A DNA stretch of 64,000 nt from Ginglymostoma cirratum (taxonomy: Eukaryota), in contig JAHRHZ010000218.1 in NCBI GenBank assembly GCA_024137785.1, positions 5,213,307 to 5,277,306 of the forward strand. The letters run 5' to 3'. A program made the translations under genes and the position numbers. The notes under the pieces were generated by a model. That model did no database searches. It was not told the DNA's origin and saw nothing but the letters and a program-made list of their open reading frames with translations. Each line of letters begins with the position of its first letter. Position 1 is the stretch's first letter. Positions 59,338 to 64,000 of this stretch are shown here, piece after piece.

Positions 59338-61910
59338 CATAGGAACATAGGAGCAGGAATAGGACATTCAGCCCTTTCAGTCTGTTCTGCTATTCCATAA
59401 GCTCATGGCTAATCTGATTGTGGTCTCAACACCAATCCTCTGTCTATCTCACAGAACATCTGGCTTTTTCATCCAACAAGAATGTATTTCACTCAGCCTT
59501 GAATATATTCAATAATCCTGCCTCCGCTAGTTCTTCAGCAAAGAGTTCCATAGACTAATGACCTTCGGAGAAGAAAAGTTCTCATCTTTTGTCTTAAGTG
59601 GGAGACCTCCTTTTTTTAACAATGCCCTCTAGCTCCAGTCTCCCCCACGAACAGTAAACATCCTCCACAAATGCATTCGTTTAAATCTCATTGGGATCTT
59701 ATTTGTTTCAATAAGATCACGTCTCATTCTTTTAAGTTCTAATGAGTATAGGCTTAACCTGTCCAACAACTCTTCATAATTTATGTCTTGCAGCCCAGGA
59801 GGGAGCTAATCTTCTCTGAACTGTTAATAATGTAATGTATTCTTTTCCCAAGTAAAGAGAGTAAACTTGTGCATGGTACTCCTCACGTGATCTCATCAAG
59901 GCCTTCTACAATTGTACCATAGCATCCCTACTTTTATATTCTGTTTTTCTTGCAATAAGTGCTAACATTCCGTCTGCCTTCCTAATCGCTTGCTGTAATT
60001 GCAAACTAACTTTTTATGATTCACTTCCCAGTATGTTCAGATCCCTCTATATAATTGAGTTCTGCAATTTCTCTCCATTTAAATAACATGTTGCTTTTCT
60101 ATTCTTCCTCCAAAGTGGATAAATTTACATTTTCCCATGTTTTATCTACCAATTTGCTGCCCAGTTACTTAATATATGTATGTTCCTCTGTAGAATCCTC
60201 AGCTCTTTTTGACAAACTACTTTCCTTTGTGTCCATGGTAAATTTACTCACCAGACATTTGGTCCCTTTATCAAAATCTTTAACATAGGAACATAGGTCA
60301 TAGGAACATAAGGAGTAGTCCATTCAACCCCTCGAACATGTTCCACCATTCAATGAGGTCATAACTAATCTACGCCCTAACTCCGTCTACCTGCCTTTGG
60401 TCCATATTCCTCAATATCTTTGCTTAATAAAAAATTATCTATCTCAGATTTAATATTAACAACTGATCTGCTGCCATTTGTGAAAAAAAGCTCCAAACAT
60501 CTACCAACCTTTGTGTGTACAAGTGCTTCTTAACATCTCCCCTGAATGGTCTGGCCTTAATTTTTACATTATGCCCCCTAATATTAAAATCCCAAACCAA
60601 TGGAAATAGTTTCCTTTATCTTCCCCATCTTTTCCTGTTAATAACTTGAAGACTTCAATCAGGTTACTCTTTAACCTTCTAAATTCTAGACAAAACAGGC
60701 CTAATTTGTATAATCTGTCCTCATAACTTAGCTCCTGAAGTCCACATATCATCCTTGTAAACCTACATTGTACTCCCTCCAAGGCCAATATATCCTTCCC
60801 AACGTGTGGTGTCCAGATCTGCTCATGGTACTCCAAGTGGAGTCCAGCCAAAGTTTTGTAAATTGCAGCATAACTTCTGCATCCTTGTACTTCAGTCCTC
60901 TAGATATAAAGGCTAGCATTCCATTAGCTTTATTGGTTATTTTCCGTACCTTCTTGTGACATTTTGAACATCTATGCAACAAAATGGATAACCTCACACT
61001 TGCCTATGTTGAATTTTATCTACCAGTTTTGCCCATTCACCTAATCTATTAATATCCTTTTGTAATTTTATGCTATCATCTACACGGTCTATAATGCTGC
61101 CTAACTTTGTGTCATCAGCAAATTTAGATTTATGATGTTCTATGTCATGTCATTAATAGTGATTAATAAATAATGTGAATGATTGAGGACCTAACATAGA
61201 TCCTTGTGAGACACCACTTGTCACATCCTGCCAATTTGAGTATCTCCCATTGTGCTATTTTCAGCTGCCTGCCACTCAATCAATTTCCAAGCCAGATCAA
61301 TCATTTGCCCTCCACTCCGTCAGCTTCTATCTTAGTTAACATGTCTTATGTGGACCTTCATCAAATGCCTTCTGGAAGTCCATATAAACATCCATCAACA
61401 TTCCCCTGTCCACTACCTTAGTAACCTCTTCAAATAGTTCAAAGAGGTTTGTCAGGCATGACCTACCAATCACGAATCCATATTGGCTCCCCTGATTAAC
61501 TGAGAATTTTCAAGGCATTTGGTTACCCCATCCTTGTTTATAGACTACAACAATTTCCTAACTACAGATGTTAGGCTAACTGGTCTGCAATCCCTTAGCT
61601 TTTCCCCTTTGCCCTTCTTAAAAAGTGGAGTGACGTGCAATTTTCCAATCCAAAAGGATGACTCCTGTATAGGGAACTTTTGTGCTTCTCTTAACACCCT
61701 CAGATGGAAACCATCGACTCCCAGAGATCTCTCACTCTTTGTTTCCATTCATTTCTATATTACTGATGTTTAACTTTTATTCAGTCCCTGTTCCTTATTC
61801 ACTATTAATCTCCTCGGGACTCCTTGCAAACTATCCCCCTTTTCTACTCTAAGTAGAGAGGCAAGGTAATTATTCAACATGTCAGCCATTTCCCCATAGC
61901 CATTGACAAT
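59338..61910 (-). mobile_element. Two stacked CR1 LINE 3' fragments (59338-~60285 and ~60285-61910)
   Basis: Two (CTATGTTC)n tails; KANGMLAFISRGL.YK, LEGVQCRFTRMI, RPVSLTSVVRKLL. Confidence 0.88.
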
Positions 61911-62374
61911 ATCCTACTTCTAATACATCTGATGATAGATAGTACACATTTTTGCCACCATGCATTAGTGATGGATTAGTTACAAATGAAGCATTCAGCA
62001 ATGTGTCGGATGTTGCAAGTTTCTTGAGTGTTGTTTGAGTCACACCCATCCCGGCAAGTGGAGAGAATTTCAGCACGGTCTTGATTGGTCCCTTATTGAA
62101 AGTGGACAAAAGAGGCTTTGGGAAACCAGCAAGTGAGATACTGTCTGCAGGGTTGCCAGATTCACCAAGTATTGGCATAGCTGGCCCAAGTAAGATTTTA
62201 CTCGACAGTAAGCTCAGAATGGTGATGTTTTGGGACTGAGTGATGGTAATACCAAGGGAAGTCAAAGAAAGATGTTTAGATTCTCTCTTCTCAAAGATGG
62301 TCATTGCTTGGTACCTGGGTGACATGAATATCACCGCCCAAAAGTGAATGCTGATGAGATCTTGCTGCAGGTGT

Positions 62375-63430
62375 TAGAGGAAAATACAAAGCACTGTAGA
62401 ACAAAGAGACCTAGAGATTCAGGTACATAATTCTTTGAAGTTTACATCACATGTAAATAGGGTGGTTAAAAACTCATATAGCACGCTTGCCTTCATAGAA
62501 TTTTTTTTCATAGAATTTTTTTTCATAGAATCCCTACAGTGCTGAAACAGGACCTTCAGCCCAACAAGTCCACACCGAACCTCAGAGCAAACCACACAGA
62601 CCCATCCCCCTAAAACCCACCTAATCTACACCTCCCTGAACATCATGGACAATTTAGCATGGCCAATCCACCTAACCTGCACATCTTTGGACTGTGGGAG
62701 GAAACCAGAGCACCCAGAGGAAATCTACGCAGACAGGGGGAGAACGTGCAAACACCACACAGACAGTCGCCCAAGGCTGGAATCGAACCCCGGTCCCTTT
62801 GTTCAAACCTTTGCGTATAAGAGTTGGGAAGTCATGCTGAGGTTGCATAGGGCGTTGGTGAGTCGTCTTCTGCATTATAATGTGCAGTTCTGGTCGCTCT
62901 GTTACAGGAAGGATATTATCAAGCTGGAGAGGGTTCAGAAAAGATTTATTAGGATGTTGCTGGGAATGCAAGGTTTGAATTATAAGGAGAGGCTGGATAG
63001 GCTGGGACTTTTTCCACTGGAGTGTAGGAGATTGAGGGGTGACCTCATAGAGGTTTTAAAATCATGACGGTATAGATAAGGTGAATGACAGGTGCCTTTT
63101 CTCTGGGGTGGGTGAGTTCAAGACTAGGGGGCATTTTTTAAGGTGAGCGGAGAAAGATTTAAAAAGGACTTGGGGGCGGGGGGGGGGTCGGCAACTTTTT
63201 TTTTTTTACACAGAGTATGGTTTACGCGTGGAACGAACTTCCAGAGGAAGTGCTAGATGCGGGTAGTTACAACATTTAAAAATATTTGGACAAGTACATG
63301 AATAAAAAAGGTTGAGGAGGATATGGGCCAAGCGCAGGCAGGTGGGACTAGTTTAGTTTGGGATTATAGTCAGCATGGACTGGTGGATGAAAGGGTCTAT
63401 TTCCATGTTCTATGATTGTATGACTCTATA
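62375..63430 (+). mobile_element. CR1 LINE 3' end containing an antisense HE1 insertion
   Basis: VQFWSLCYRKDIIKLERVQKRFIRM...RRLRGDLIEV and tail ctatgattgtatgactcta. Confidence 0.9.
62495..62797 (-). mobile_element. HE1-type V-SINE, 5'-truncated
   Basis: Starts at GGGACCGGGGTTCGATTCC; tail is repeated ATTCTATGAAAAAAAA units. Confidence 0.88.
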
Positions 63431-64000
63431 ACCTCCTTCTCTCTCTGACATAATTTGCAGCCTCTTTATGATGCATTCTGCACCAAACACTGTAACAGGC
63501 AAGCCTTACCATTTTTCAGTGAGTTTTGTGCAAATATGTCAAATAACTGCATGCTGCTCTAGGAATTCTAGGAATAGAGGATTATTCAGTGAGTGACCAT
63601 TATCACACAGACTTTGAAGGAGTAGGATTCTGATCTATGATTTTTGCATGCAAGAAGGTCATTGATCAATTGTCACATTAATAACAGTGAATGTTGTTAG
63701 CATCACCACTAATTCTACACCAAAATCTGGCCTAACAATATTGTCTAACAGTGAATCACTGCTCACATTATTCTGGCTGAGTGGGGTTAGTGGCTCTCGA
63801 TATGGAAGTCACGCGTACACCTCTTATTGGATTCTCGGCAAAGACATAATCAGAGTCATGTATTTTGTTCGTCTCCTTGGAAATCCAGTGCTAAAAGTTG
63901 TCTAACATACAGTCAGCATAACAAACAGCACTCCTTCATTAAATGTAACGGTTAACAATTACGTAAAGTATTTTCTGCTCATTCACAGTAGGCAAGGAAT

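Overview
Vertebrate genomic DNA from a cartilaginous fish (shark), inferred from HE1-type V-SINEs, shark-type CR1/L2/Penelope repeats and the J-chain sequence. Most of the window is decayed transposable elements, with two 400-N assembly gaps. One intact protein-coding gene can be rebuilt by hand and is almost invisible in the ORF track: a four-exon immunoglobulin J chain gene (JCHAIN, + strand; 25952-26018, 31488-31614, 32919-32999, 42011-42239; intron phases 1-2-2; 167 aa). It keeps six of the eight mammalian cysteines and has a remodelled C-terminal exon. The most striking non-coding structure is a recurring class of Penelope-like fold-back insertions. Each has inverted arms, a one-sided tail and an approximately 12-15 bp target-site duplication, and carries minimal hammerhead-ribozyme motifs (CTGANGA-A-stem-GAAAYGTC) on both strands; both assembly gaps lie inside such hairpins. 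Other observations: a CR1-group LINE with a tRNA-like head shared with a short SINE, a Harbinger Myb/SANT remnant with a 20-bp tandem array in JCHAIN intron 3, a 420-bp inverted duplication fused to a SINE, and candidate B-cell regulatory motifs. Repeat boundaries are approximate and repeat family names come from recognition, not from a database search.
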